60,805 bases of DNA, filler included, from Sluysia triapertura (GCA_046118255.1; 4 parts of 4 records of this genome joined end to end with filler, not necessarily neighbours in it); one strand, 5' to 3'. Positions 22,700-37,539 are shown, numbered from the whole stretch's first letter. Numbers and translations are program-made. Notes: generated from the letters alone by a model not told the origin.

Positions 22700-25600
22700 T
22701 TGTTTTTTATTAATTCATGATTAATAGTAGATGAAAAATAATGTTTATGTTTTTTCGTTAATTAATTAGTAATTAGTTTTGAATAATGTCTATTGATTCG
22801 ACATAAATTATTTCATATAAAACTTTATGAATTATTGATACGATCTATTATTAATAGACTTTTTTAAGCACTATTCTAAATTTATATTAAAAATCAAATT
22901 TATTTTCTAAATATGTCTTAAAAATTGAAATTATTAAATTAATTTATAATATTATTTACGTTATAATTTTATTTACAAATATTATTTACATTTGTATATT
23001 TTACACCATCATCATCACTTAGTCATTCAACTTACAGAGATTACAAACTTTACCATTAAAGATGATAAAAACTAACAAAATCAAAATGAGAATCGACACT
23101 ATAGTGCAAGTGGAGTGATGTCAGACACATTCAGAATCAGATCATGACAGATAGTGAAGCTAAGTCATATCCTAGTAAAACAGATGGATTTTATTGCAGA
23201 ATCTCTGATGAAGGTTCCAAAGTAGAAGTAACAGTTCCTAATATTTTTGAAAACGGTGTATGGAAGAGTATTGATTGAGATTCAGTTAGAACGGAAACAT
23301 AAACAAAAGCTAAAAACACAATCTATTAAGGTTGAAAAAGTTTTAAAGATAGAAAATAACAAAGAAACAGGAATACCTGGTACTTCGGTTAAATATGTTA
23401 CTTCAAAACAAAATTAATTTTTTAAGCGTCAGTTATAAACAATACCAAAACAAAACTTCCCTTATCGTTATTAAAGCTAGAACCGAAAACACCAAAAGCT
23501 ATACCAAAATTTGACATTTTATTGTCGTCCTGTGGTCAAATACTCAACACCAACTTTTCTTAAAAATAATGATGAAGTTTCGTTATTACTAAAAGTTGTA
23601 TCTTCAAGTAAACGACATTATTTAAATGATGTTTGTTTAGTGAAATATTCGTCGAATGTTTAATGATTTCGCGATCTCGAATGCTTCGGGGAATGCTGAA
23701 TATTTTTAGATAAGGTTTCTTACGTAGGTTTATAGTGAGTTGAATACTTGCTCCGGGTTGTCATCGATATCCTAAGGTTTTTAATAAATTAATATATGTG
23801 GCACTTACTTCCATTTACTTCCCTATTAATATTTTTATTATGGACTTAAGTGATTCTACGATACTTTGATTACTTGATTATCTAATAATATCTCACGTAG
23901 CAATTCATAACCATCTCAGTGGCTTTACTAAAGTTTTATACATCAAATTTACTTCTATTTAATCATGATTTTATTAGACACAGTTTTGACTAAATTTAAA
24001 GTCGATTTAAGACCTGGAAAACATGTAATTTAACTTTTATTTTTGTAATTAAATCAAAACTATCATAATAAAAACAAAATGGACAGTAAATTCAATTTGA
24101 TAATACATGTAACGTAAAAATAATATAATATAAAATTAGTTAAGAAGTTCTTGATTTTTATTTCCAAATCTAAATTAGGTACCATTAATTTTGTCCAACG
24201 CTTTTCTATATTTATCTAATTGTTTTTTGATTAATCTTTTTGAGAATAACGGTACTTTATTCCTTTTAACGTTTTCAGTGATAGCCTCTTTGTCGTTTTC
24301 GTTTGTATAACCTTTAAATTTACTTTCATCTATTTTGATTTCCTCGATAGGTATAATAATCAACTTAACATCCAGCTTTTGTATCATTTTCATATTTACT
24401 TTATTATTAATTTGTTCTGTTTCTATTTATTCATCAAATTAACAATTATTATTATTATTAAAACAAATATTATATTTATCTTATTTTAAAACTAATATAT
24501 TTATTTTTCTTACATAAAAGAAAACTTATATTCATATGTACAAAATTTATAATTAACATTATTGATTATTTTTGGTATAAAAATAACAAAAACATTTTTA
24601 CATTATTAACATGTATAAAATAATAAAATTTTTAGTATAATTATTGATTATTTTATTAACAAATTTTTATTTTTATTATTGAAATTTTTTATGATTATGA
24701 TTATTATTTTATTATGGTAACAACAACAATAATAATAATAAAAGTAAAAATGTTTTATTTACAATTATAAGTACATAATAATGATTTTGTGATGATTTTG
24801 CTTAATCTGTCTTTTCTCGGAATAGACATATACCAGTTGGGGCTAGCCGTTGGATTTTAGAAGTAAACAAGTGTAGGAGGTCAAATCGTAATTTTAATTT
24901 AGATGAATCACTTTTATTAGTTCACATTTTTTTGTGAAGAAGTTCCTTTCAAAAGCAATTGGGAATGATGAATAATGTAACTTAAAATTGTTTGAAATAA
25001 TTAGAATATTATTAGTTACAATTTTACTTGAAATCCGTTGAAATAATTTGTAATAGGTTCAATTTACGCTTCCGATAAATGTCGGGGAAATATGCTCTAG
25101 GTACTATAAAATTTACTGGCAATTCTCTTAAACACAATTAATAATGAAATTCATTAACAATAAAACTTTGATTCGAAAGTCTATTATATATCACAAAAGG
25201 TAAATACAAAAATTTATATAATGATATAAATAAAAATTTTGCGCTATTAACCTATTTAGTTAATATTCAAAAGGGTAATTTTAATAATGCTTTTGAGAAA
25301 GAACCTTTAAATGGTTCTACAAATGTATATCAATAATTTAAGTGGATTTTACGATTGTACACTTAGTACCAACTTAACAAACGAATAATTAAACACAATA
25401 TTAGTTTTCTATTAATGATGGTTTTCTATTAAAGATAGATTCCACGAATTCTTTCTTTTACGATTAAAAAATTATTTTTGATTAAATTGGAAATTGTGTG
25501 TTAACTAGTCAATTTAGTTCCTATTTATATGGATTTTAGAACCAACCTTGTTGACTTTATTTTATTTTTTGAATAATTTTAATATTTAAAAATAATTGAA

Positions 25601-27329
25601 ACGATATGTCTTTTAGCAAAATGATTAATTATTAACAAAATGATTAATTTTAAAAATAATCACATTAAAAAGTTTAAATATTCCAGAATTAAGATTTTTA
25701 ATGAATTAATGTATATTAATATAAACACAATTATAATCAGTAAATATTAATGTCACACACAATAAAAATCAATTTACAATAGTGATAATAAAATAATAAA
25801 TAATTATAATTTGTAAGACATTATATATAAAATTTATGCCAAATAAACATAAATAATCTCTTTCAAGAAGTGATTCAGTCTTTGTTTTATCATCTAATGA
25901 TTCGGTAAAAGCCCTGATTTTAGTTATTCAATAGTGTTTTACAAGCTTTCATTATCCTGACAACAGTGGCTTTAATAACGTAATTTAAAATTCTATCAAC
26001 TATCTGATCCTGAACTAGTGCCCTAGTAAATTTAATTAGATGTTTACATCAAATTTGAATTTTGATGACCAGTTCTTCCCATGCGATGTATATTATTTGA
26101 ATAATGTTAATATTATATATTATAATATTGTATCCATATTTATTTATGGCTATTTACAATTGGTATTAATTTATTAACATAACATAACGTTTCGAATGTA
26201 ATATTTAATCTTCAAGTTTGGGAAAAGTTGTTATTTATGAAATTATGCACTATCATACTTTTGAAAATAAATTTTAATAAATGAAAATTTATCTAATTTA
26301 ATGAATAAAAGTAATTTTTGTTAATTTTGAAAAGTATATAAGTACATAATATTACTATTTATAATAATTATAGTAGAGAATAGTATAGCATAGTACAGCA
26401 GTACAGTAGTATATTATAGTATACTAAGTATAGTAGTATAGTATATTATAGTAGTAGTAATAGAAGTAGAAGTAGTACGTAGTTCACTTCAGTATTTCTG
26501 AACCAAAATGAATAATTTCTTTTTAATATTTCATAATCTTCCAACGATTTAACATTATTTAGTAAGCTGGTGATAAATTTTTAGTTATCTACGAATGCCC
26601 CATTAATTTATGCTGTATTTTTTAAAATTTATTTAGTATTTGATTAATAAGGTTTATATCGTAATTTAAGATTTAATTTAATTTTAATAAATAATACATT
26701 ATTTATTAAGGATACTTCCGTCTATTATTACCTTATTGACATATTTTCAGCAGGGTTTCGATTATACTTCTTATATAACGTTAGTTTTCAATATTTATGT
26801 GTAATTTTGATTATTTAATTTTATATTACTTTTTTTACATAAAATATTCTTATTATACTTTATGTAATTCAAGTAGCGTTACAGGAAATATCAATTAATA
26901 ATTATGACAATTTCATTTGAGTTTGAAAAAAATATAAAAATATTTATTATTAGTATTTGAATTTTTAGAATATTAGTTATAACTCAAGAAGCTTGAAAAT
27001 CTTACAACTGAAGTTTGCAATTGCTTTCTAACAAAATATATGAGTTACTCAATTAAAATTAATTAACTATACAGATAATCATACACTCGTTAACAAACGA
27101 AGACAACAATAACCACTATCACAAATTAACTTAATGAATTAAATACAGTAAACACGTTATCATGTATGTTATCATGTTATCATATATTGGAAGTGAAATA
27201 AATGTATAAAATATTAAAGACAAGTTTAATAAATAATCTGATTATAGATTATTTTCAGCCATTTCCTTTGGCAGATTATATTAATTAGTGATAGAATATG
27301 TAGTATGATCGAATATTGCGAGTATTTAA

Positions 27330-27506
27330 CACGTTCGCTACCAGCGTCGCAAATGTGTGGCGTGTTTACCTTATAAGTATTATTTATTAACAATAGTGCA
27401 ACACTTTATAGAAAACTGATAAGATAGACACGCCACACATTTGCGACACCGGGCTTAAAAGCAAGAACTGATATGTCGCATATATTCAATGTTGGTAGCG
27501 AACGTA
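27330..27506. mobile_element. piggyBac-type MITE (177 bp)
   Basis: TTAA on both flanks (27326-27329, 27507-27510). TIRs CACGTTCGCTACCA / TGGTAGCGAACGTA match 13/14. A perfect 20-bp internal inverted repeat GTCGCAAATGTGTGGCGTGT / ACACGCCACACATTTGCGAC is placed asymmetrically. Confidence 0.85.
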
Positions 27507-27931
27507 TTAATAGCACATGTATAATTTAGCAAAAATTGAATGTTTAGTTAATAAAAATGTCGAATATTAAATTATTAGTTAATACCGAACAAGTGAAACG
27601 AATACTGTCACTATAAATGATTGAGAAGGAATAACCAAATTATTTATTAGATTTAATAATAAAACAAGAACGATTATATTAAAACAGATACAAACTAATT
27701 GGTATAAATAGCAATTATTATTTGAATGCCAGTTTTTTTTGAAACTACTTATGTTTCAATATCACCAAATTTTATGTTGATAAATGTACTATTTAAAATT
27801 GAGGCTATAATTTACTTTAATTAGGATCGTGCTTCAATTATATATATATTTTTTTTCAAACAACTTCTCAAGTTCTGCAGAAATCTTTATCGTGCCTATA
27901 TTATTTAACCATTGTCATTACATTCTTGTAA

Positions 27932-28074
27932 CGGGCATGGCTAACAGTTTTTGCCCCCGGGTTGCATTGGAAAAGAATATGTTTTCCTCGTCCGACAAAA
28001 TATTAAAGAAGTTTAAATATTATGCTCGCGAGCGGCATAAAATATTTACGAGGTCTGAGTGTTGGCCATACCTG
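27932..28074. mobile_element. hAT/Charlie-like MITE (143 bp)
   Basis: Imperfect TIRs CGGGCATGGCTAACA / TGTTGGCCATACCTG (12/15) bound a GC-richer island. The TSD is poorly preserved. Confidence 0.55.
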
Positions 28075-28285
28075 GTTTAGTATATAATTAAAAAGGTGCA
28101 ATAATAAAAAAATTAGTCACCACATTTTCAAATTACAATTAAATCCTAAATTCATATTTATTATTTAATTACAGATGCATACCATTCGTTTTTCTTCAAA
28201 ATTCGTCTCAATCTAAGGTGAAGTTTGCATTTACAAACTATATATTTGAAATTATGACGATAAAATGTAGATTTGTAGTTTAAAT

Positions 28286-28491
28286 CAGTGGTTTCAAACT
28301 CACATTCTGAGCATTTATAAAGTATAGCATATTTATGTTTATAAATAAAGTATTTGGTTAAAATTTAATCACACCTTTAGATAACTAGAAAATATCAAAA
28401 TAACAACTGAAAAATAATCACATTGGTCACACGATTTTATTCGCGTTACCAAAAATAAAATAATGCAGCAGTCCTTAGTTTGAAACCATTG
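28286..28491. mobile_element. hAT/Charlie-like MITE (206 bp)
   Basis: TIRs CAGTGGTTTCAAACT / AGTTTGAAACCATTG match 14/15. The 8-bp flanks GTTTAAAT / ATGTAAAT match 6/8, consistent with a decayed hAT TSD. Confidence 0.75.
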
Positions 28492-29197
28492 ATGTAAATA
28501 ATGTATTGATTTTTTTGAAATTTTAAATGAAACATTTTAAAAACTTTCATAACAAATAAATGAACTCATTATAAACTCATTTTAACACATATTTTTTTAG
28601 ATCAATTCGATTTTAAAGTATCATAAATTGTCAAAATAAAGACATCGCAAATATCTGTGTTATTTAAAAGAACGCGAAGTACATAGATCAAATCTTGATA
28701 AAGAATTATCGAGTTCAAAACACTTTGTTTCTGATTTGTCTTTCTATCTTTTATGGGCACAGTATCATCTTTTATTAGAACTATTTGTTGCTTATTTTAA
28801 ATTTTTTTCTTATTTTTGAAAGGTTCGCAAAATTATTTTTTGACTAACTTCCTAATAAATTCATTTATGATCATGTTAGTTGTCATCACCTTATAATAGA
28901 AGATTCGACTGTTCATCATTACTTTAATTATAATGTCAAAAACATTTCATGAGTCACTGACTTGAAGTTACTTTACAAAAGTACAGTTGATTCGTAGCAT
29001 CAAGATAATCAACGTCACCTTTATTTTAATTGTACTATAGGGCCATTTCCGAATTTATTTTATGACCATTCATAGTAATCGGATTAGAATTCATAGTAAA
29101 TTACAATATCATATTATTGTTTATTTTCGCTTGATAAGAATCGGTAAAAAAATTTCCATTTGTACATTTATAAAATTTACTGGTCTTATTTTCTATT

Positions 29198-29340
29198 TCA
29201 AACATAGAGAATATGAGGAATTTGTTATCACAAAAACAAAAGAAGGAAGCCAATGGTGAATTAGTAAAAGATTATCTTTAGTGGCTTTGCATTCATTAGA
29301 ACAAATTCTCCAAGTGAAGTGTCGCAGTTCTGAATGGAGA
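29198..29340 (-). mobile_element. Possible remnant of an L1/Tx1-type non-LTR retrotransposon zf-RVT region
   Basis: LRHFTWRICSNECKATKDNL, then in shifted frames FCFCDNK and PHILYV, resembling FLWR..HN.LPTKDNL..C.FC..HILF.C. The match needs two frameshifts. Confidence 0.3.
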
Positions 29341-32300
29341 ATATATATTATTCTTTATTGTGAATAAACATCTGGATCTTTTGGTATTAAATCGAATACA
29401 TTTCATAATTCTCTGAAATTTAGTTCCTGACATTATTCCAAGATATCACTTGAGCGTATTTTCTATGCTAAATTGAGTCAATGAATTCTTTAATATTCTC
29501 AACGGTGAATACTTTGGTAATACAGTATATTTATTTGCATCTTTCAAAATATCATTTAGTATTTGGGTTTGAACAAAAGGCCTCAGATATCAATGGCAAA
29601 TATCTTAAGTCTAGGCTTTGGAATGAACAGATTTTGGTTAATGATTCTTCGAAAAGTATTCTTAAGTAATTGAGTTCCATCTTTACCACACACTGTGTGT
29701 TCTCATTTTCCTTAGTATATTACCTTACTCAGTTTGTTCCATGTCTGTCTTGAATATTTTCAACATAGTTTCGATTTTACCCACTGGAAGACTCAGTATC
29801 ATTTACATTAATATTTCTTAGGATGTTTAATGCTATTTAGCAGCGATTCCTGATCTTCTTGGCTATTTAAATTAAGTAATGTACAAATTTATAAATGATT
29901 ACAATAAAGTAAGAAAAAATTATTTTAAAATAGAATAAAAAAATTATTAAAATATTCATTCATAACAATTTCTTTTCGTAAATTTAATTATTTATAATTT
30001 GAAATCAATTATCACATAAGATCATTAAAGTCGTTCCGTATTACTAGTGCTAACCTTCAGGAAATAATTTAAAAAATTATGTAAAATACAACACAATGCG
30101 ATCGGGATTTTGTGTTAGTGCGTTATGGCTGGATTAGATAATTATTGAAAAATGTGTGAATTTTATTGCTGCAAAAAACATTGAATTTTTTTATTAAACA
30201 TTTATTTTCTTATCTTAAAATGTATTCTTCATCGTTACTATAAAAAATAAACGCACTTTCTGTGTTTATTAGCTCGGGAAAAGAAAAAAATGAAATGGAA
30301 AGTTTTAATCAATAAATAATTTAATGAAATAAATAATGAAGACTAATAATGTTTTAAGGTGTGATAGCGCTTAAAGCATTTACCTGTACTGTAACGTCGT
30401 CTAAGCACACCAATTACGTCACTTAACTAAAACTAAAATAAAAATTATGTTTTGTAAATTTGCTATTACACAATTTATCGTTATTATTTTGAATTGTTTA
30501 TGCTGAACCTTCGTAATATTACGTATAAGAAGGGCAACAACAAACCCATGTAGCCTTATTTTTCTCACCCATCTATAAAAAACGCGCTCTATTAAAAGTT
30601 TGGGAATGCGTTAACATCTAAAATGTTAATATATAAAATGTTTATTATATTCCAAAAATAGATTGTTTGCACGAATTACAATAACTTTTATAAATTAAAT
30701 TTATTAAATAAAGTACATTATTTCGAACTGTTGCACCTAATTTTCTAGAACACAAAAACCATCAGTCTTGTTGAACTTCAGAATTTTCAATTTTTAATAT
30801 TTTACTTAAAACATGAAAACACTTTCAATTCTTGATATAACTGAAATTCAAAATATTAAGATGCAGTCATTTTATTCAAAATGTCTAGGTTATTTGAAAC
30901 GTATGTAGTTTATGTTTCACCTAAAATTTTTTCTAATCATATTTTCCGAATTAACGTTTGTAATTCAGCCATATTGAGTTACGTGAAAATTCAAATAAAG
31001 TGAAAATTACAACAAAAACATGATGGATAATAATTTTGAATTAATTCTTGAAAGTAAAGAAAGACCAGGAAGAACATAGTTTTCTAACAAAGTTGGAGAA
31101 AGTCAAGCCTATATTGGAAACATGTGTTTCATGTAGGATACGTATAGTTTTAAGAATTAAGAATTGGTCGGGATGTAACGTGATTTAGTGTTAAATTGGG
31201 TTCATGAATAGTGACATTAATTTAAATTTTATTTACCAAAAACATTGTTTACTTCCGGGTTAAGATTTGCAATATGTCTATGACAGAGAAAAATAAAAAT
31301 TTGTAGTTAAATTTCTCTTCTAAAGCGAATATGAATCTCTCTTTTAAAATCATTATTAGATTAATATAATCTGCATGACATTTGATTTGAAAAGAAAGCT
31401 AGATGTGGTTGTACATGTTGTACCTGACAAGTCAAATAAACATGAATTTTTTGCCACTCCTATGATCTTTATCATATGGATTTTGGATAGTTTATATCAT
31501 TTAATTTTATGATTACGTTTAGAAAGTCGCAATAGTTTAATCTTTAAGTCTGTATGGGTACGATATCCAACATTTATTTCAAAACAACCTAAGTCATATA
31601 TACGAAAAAATTTTCTAAGATCATTGTTTTACAAAAAGTATTTATTAACACATTGTAAATAAAATAATTAACATAAAATTCTGCATATTGAGATGTGTAT
31701 ACATGTTTTGTATTTGTTCGAGAAACGATTTAACATGCAGATGTCTAAATTATCTTCACTTGGGCTGAATTGTAACTATTTGGTTTATAATTTAAGAAAA
31801 TAGATGTACAAAAACATTCTTCAAGGTTCCAATATTGCGACATAAATAATCATGTAGATAAATTAATCTTTATGAACCTGGCCAACAATTTATATGACAT
31901 AGCTTTTGTTTACGATTAATACGTGGTATACTTGAATGAAATGTTTTTGAATTTGATAATGTTGAATGCGACATTATTATGGTAGGATATTGTGCACTAA
32001 TGATGTTATCAAACTTGATAATTGGTACATAATACCTTCATATGCACGAATTATGGTCTGGCTAACTCCGTCACATTAGAAACATTGAGTCTGAAGCAGG
32101 ATATAATAATCATATTTACTAGTTCGTCTAAATAAATGTAAGCCAATAAATCTCTCGTTAATTAAAAGTTTAAATGTAGCTACTCGAGTAAAACTAAAAT
32201 TCTTTTAGTAGAAACACGATGAGCCACTTTGGCAATTGGATTTAAAGTACGAATAGTTTGAACAGCAAGTTGTTTTACTTTAACACAGGTATAAACAGTG

Positions 32301-33200
32301 TAAACCCAGTTTAAAAACCTTGGATTGTAGTGAATTAAGTAGTTCAGTAAAACTGGCAACGTAATTAAGTAACTTCAGAATGCAATTTTGTTGTACGTTC
32401 GGCTATTGCTTGCTTTACATACTTTCACAATTTACCTCTTTATAGCATATATCAGTATTTACGATACAAATTAAAACTTTAACTGTTCATTTCTTGACAA
32501 TTTCGTCTGAATACAAAATTCTTCAGTGTTCTACAAACTATTAAGTAAGTCAGATTGTCTGAGGCATTTAAAAATACATAAAATGCTTTCGATTGCTTTC
32601 TAAGACGGATGTATACAATTCACTTTAAAGAATAACTTACCAATGATAACTTTTCGATGTTAATAGATAATAAAATAAATTTTGTTTCTTCGTGATATAT
32701 TCTTATTGTATATTTTCTAAAATTTAGAATTTTAAACAAAGAAGATAAGTAGATTCATTAAGTGGTGAATTTACTAATAAAAGAAAGGTTATTTTTTGAA
32801 AAGTTACAGTGAAATCTAGGTTATTATGCTATATTTACGGTGAAAGTCTCAATACAATGAACAAATAAAGCAGTAAAGAAATATTCAAAAAATGAAGCAA
32901 TACATATAAAAATGAATGCTCATTATGTACAACTATTAAACAAAATATTAAGGTGTTTAACAATTAAAGTATTTCGGTTTTTAATGAAGACAAGGTTCTC
33001 AAATCGATTGAAATTGAGTATCAATATGAAGAAAACGTATCATTGAATATTAGTAAGATATTTATTAACAAAAAGTTGAATATTAAACATGGTGTTTTAG
33101 ATTTGTTCAATCACGTAAATTAGTGGAGCATATTTTACAAGATGGTAAAAATTTATTGCGCTCTTTAGGTACATAATTATAATATTCATATGCCACAATA

Positions 33201-33201
<1 letters not shown>

Positions 33202-33261
<60 letters not shown>
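33202..33261. repeat. (TTA)20 microsatellite
   Basis: Perfect trinucleotide run. Confidence 0.95.
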
Positions 33262-33267
<6 letters not shown>

Positions 33268-33710
33268 AATTATTTAAGAATTACCATCAACAAAACATTG
33301 TCAAATATTCAAATCTATTCGTCATAACAATATTTATTGTTCTGTCTTTATTATTATTATTTCTATTCGGTCATTTCTACGAATATAGAAAATATAAACA
33401 AAATTGCAGTTTTTATGGATTCGAACTAATGGAAGATCTTCGTAAAAAACAAAGAAGAATATTTTGTTTTATATTTTCTATTATATATTCCTGGACTGCT
33501 AGTTAGTTGTCTTTTTTAATTTAATTAACTATTTTTTAAAATGAATTAGTTTCACAAATTAAAAACGGCGAATTCTTTTATTAATGGATCAAATTTTTAA
33601 GAAACTAGTAAATAGTATTAATATTTAATTTTTTGAAAATTGAAATTCATTTCACCCATTTAGAAGCTAAATTTAAGATACCATTTTTGTAATATTTCTT
33701 GTCTTTGTAT

Positions 33711-34544
33711 TCAAAGCTGCTTTTTGGCACAATTCCCTACCGCGAAGAAAATGCTCCATATGGGCGTGGTTGTTTGATGGTTATTTACAATGTTATGATG
33801 ACTATGTGTCACAAGGTATTTTAGGTGTTTAGGTAGATGAAAAGATATGTTTGATTTGTGTTCATAGTCGAATTCTATGTTGTTCTTATTTATGTGGTTA
33901 CATCTGGATGAATCTATGAGTGCTACAGTTACCTTACGGTATAGAGTTAATTTGTGATAACAAAGTAGTTTATGAGAAGGATTACCTAGGATTACATTAT
34001 TATTTGATATCAAGTTGTTATAACACTGTTTATGATAAACGTCTATCGGAGACGCGTTACAACTTGAAGTCAATTTGTAGATAACTTCGTTATCTAAGAC
34101 ATTCAATGACAACATATAAAATTCTAGGATTAAATTATTAAAAATTAAGTCATAATTATAAAGACATTGGTCTGATACATTTATTATGATTACATTAATT
34201 TTAAAAAGAATATACATATGCCTGGGGCTCTGCCTCATTCGTATCTTCTTCCTCATTGATCGGTGCGTAATTCTATAATTAAAATAATAACATATAAGCA
34301 GATCAATATATAGATAAATAGTGTTAGTATGAAATTTATTACCTCTAAACAAAAGCTGGTCTTCGAATGTATCGTCCGGTGTTGACTCATTCAGCATTAA
34401 CTTGAAGCAGCCGGTAGGTTGGTTGGAGTCGAAAAATGTAAACTGGTAGCTTACGACATCATATTTACAATTAAACATTCCGCTAAAATTACTGGCATCG
34501 TATTTGCAATCAAACATTTCTCTAAAGTTACTGGCATCGTATTT
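33711..34544 (-). CDS. Hypothetical protein (5'-partial, at least 277 aa) with N-terminal 13-aa tandem repeats
   Basis: The frame is open from the contig end. It starts KYDASNFREMFDC-KYDASNFSGMFNC-KYDVVSY (39-bp repeats), and the body is Asn/His/Cys-rich. No family recognised. Confidence 0.45.
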   Translation of the reverse strand, partial: KYDASNFREMFDCKYDASNFSGMFNCKYDVVSYQFTFFDSNQPTGCFKLMLNESTPDDTFEDQLLFRGNKFHTNTIYLYIDLLICYYFNYRITHRSMRKKIRMRQSPRHMYILFKINVIIINVSDQCLYNYDLIFNNLILEFYMLSLNVLDNEVIYKLTSSCNASPIDVYHKQCYNNLISNNNVILGNPSHKLLCYHKLTLYRKVTVALIDSSRCNHINKNNIEFDYEHKSNISFHLPKHLKYLVTHSHHNIVNNHQTTTPIWSIFFAVGNCAKKQL

Positions 34545-34644
34545 NNNNNNNNNNNNNNNNNNNNNNNNNNNNNNNNNNNNNNNNNNNNTTAATTAATTAA
34601 NNNNNNNNNNNNNNNNNNNNNNNNNNNNNNNNNNNNNNNNNNNN
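34545..34644. other. Artificial contig spacer (N44-TTAATTAATTAA-N44)
   Basis: Same 100-bp block as at 17135. Confidence 0.97.
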
Positions 34645-37539
34645 TTAAATAGAACTAATTATAATTTATTAGAATTAAATTACTTAACGCCCTCCACAAC
34701 GTTGACATAAGATCGCTAATAATTATGTAACATTTTATTTAGTGTTAAATAGTAAAGAAAATGATTTCCAATTTTAAATTATTTTCCATTAATGTGGTTT
34801 AGAATTCAGAAATTGGATTAAACTCGACATTAAAATTAAATTTACACTAAGTTTCAAAAAGTAATTAAGCTTATGAAATATTTTATCAGAACCTACCCAC
34901 ATAAAGACAGAAAAAAACTAATAAATATTATTTAGAATATTAATTTCATACTAAGATTTTACTACAAAGAAACATCTAAAGTTAAGTTCTCTTATAGTTT
35001 TCAATTAATCACAAAGTAATTAGTGATTATTTTATCTTATACCATAGATATAAGTTCAAATTCAGCACCATTAAAATTCATAACGTAATTTATAATACTG
35101 TCAGGTCGTCATTTGCCATTTTGTGATCTTCATCATCTTATAATTTTTTGAATTCTTATCATATTATGATTTTATGACATTTTATGATTTGGTCAAACGA
35201 TATTTTATAATTCAATTATCTATAATAAATTTTAATCTAGATTAATATTTAAATAAATTTAAAATAATATTTGTAAATTAATAATAATAAAATTTTACAT
35301 TTCATAATTATATATGATAGATTTTAATCAATATTTACAAATTAATAAAAAAAATAATAAAATATTTGTCAGCTGTTTATCTTAGAAACTATAATTTATT
35401 ATCATATCTATGTACATTAGAAACTATTGTATTGTCATATGAAAATAGTATACAAATAAATAAAATTGTCACAAAAATTATTAATAGAATTTATCTAAAG
35501 TTATAAAAATTTTCAATTAACGACGATTTTAGTTTTCAACCAATATTGTCTGATCTGCAGAAAATTTTATAAAGTCATCAGAGAATTCTTATTCACAACG
35601 ATTTCTTTTGATCATTGTTACTTTGCTGAGGAAAATTTTAATATTGTTAAAATAAGTTATCGTCAGTTCGATTTATTTTAAGACTTGACGAAATTTAATT
35701 TTGTTGAAAAATCTACATTAAATTATAAATTAAAATTTCCATTCAATTATTTAAATTGATTGTAGTAAATTTCACTTATAAAATTGTTAAGTCTGGATTA
35801 ATAATTTTCGGTTATTAATTTCTGCAAAATCTTCTAACAGCCGTTTTATTATTTTTAATATTATTTAAAGTTTGTAAACCTTTATAAATGCTGTATACAA
35901 TTGTTTATTGTTAATATAAATTATTTACTTGATTTAGTCCTAAATAAACAAATCTTACATATGAATAATTCATATATATTTAATTTTCATTTAAAGTTTA
36001 GCATACATATTCGAATAAAATATTAACTATTTAACTCTCTAAAGCAAAAAAAGAGAAAAATAAATATTCATTCTTCCTATTTCAATTTAGCAAATCTTTC
36101 TCGTATTTTGACCTTCAGGTGGTTTAAAAACTTTAATAACTACTATAATTTTTTCCACTTTTTATTTCGTGCAATACAATAAGTACACCGAATAATACAG
36201 AAAAAATAGTATTTTAAACTTAAAATTTTATGGGTCTTTAATTATACCAATTGTAATTTCAAATGATAATTTTTCTCATGGAAAAAATTATTAAGAAAAA
36301 GATATTTAAAATATGATTTTAGAATTTTTACTCTTTCGAGCATAATCTACCTTAGAAATATTGTTTATAAAAAAACTAATAGCTTCGACAATTGAAAGAA
36401 TTAAAAAATATCTACTAAATTATAGGAATAATTATAATGATCTGCGTTCAATGTATTCGAAAAAATTGTATAAAAATAAATTCTCTCTTATTGAATAAAA
36501 AGTTTCTTTTTCCTTAATAAAATAATAATTCGTAAAAATAATAAATGGCAATTGTGATGGCCGGGTTAAATTTGGGTGTTTAAAGTATACAATCGTCTTA
36601 TCTTTAAGAACAATTCTGTTATAAATGACATTACGAAAACTGGGCTTAAGGCCCGTTCTAACTTTTAAAATTTTATTATCAGAAATGAAACTAATAAGCA
36701 TGGACTTAATAAATAATAAATAATAAACATTTAAGTTGTTAAACATTAAAAATCGGCTTAAAGCTTTTCACTTTATTCAAATCATTAAATTTAACTTTAA
36801 AGCAAAGTCAACATAAAAATCCAAGTTGAATTTAAAATGAAACTTGATCACACAGAGACTGATGAATAAAAAATGTCATTAACATATAAATGTTTAACTT
36901 TAAATTCTTGCACAAATAAAATTGTAATTCTAATTTCTGAAGTAAGAACTCTAAAAATTAAAAAAGTATAACCTATAATTTCTAAATCAACAATAATGAT
37001 ATGTCCGGTTCCACGCTGATGCATCAACAGTAGTTCGGGCACTCTCGCAACAAATTGCTTATCGCTTTTGAATTTTCATAGCCAAATGTCTAATCATTTT
37101 GCCAATGGGAAACAAGAATCGTGTAGGTTCATTTGAATACAACATTTTAAAATGACGTGTAATAGCATTGATAACATCGAAGGATTCGTGATGAGTATTT
37201 ATCTGAAGTTATTACATTGTATAGATCCGATTCTGACATTAAATCAATGTCTTCAAAATCTTCTAAATCTGCTTTATCAGTATGTCTTGAGATAGTGTCA
37301 ACATATAATCTGTAATGCTTCAATATCCATCAGAAATTTTCTTACAAATTAGCGATGTAAGTATCATAAAAATTCAGAAACAGTTGATTTGTTTGAAAAT
37401 TTTTTAAAATCGCAAATTTTTTACTTTTATGATCATTGTCTGTTTTCATACATTTTGTTTAATAAAACAAAAACGAAAACAATATAAATAATTTAAGTAA
37501 TGCAACATTTTAAGGATGTAATTATAAAATTAAATGAAA

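Noticed and set aside
26060-26095. HRMGRTG (helicase motif VI-like) on the minus strand
   Set aside because: The frame closes within a few codons and no other helicase motifs are nearby; probably chance.
30735-30960. Faint similarity to a DNA-transposase C-terminus (NFLEHK.., IKM..)
   Set aside because: Too degenerate, with no diagnostic motif or TIRs.
37000-37330. Protein-like decayed frames, possibly related to a tyrosine-recombinase transposon
   Set aside because: No catalytic motif is recognisable; cannot be supported without a profile search.
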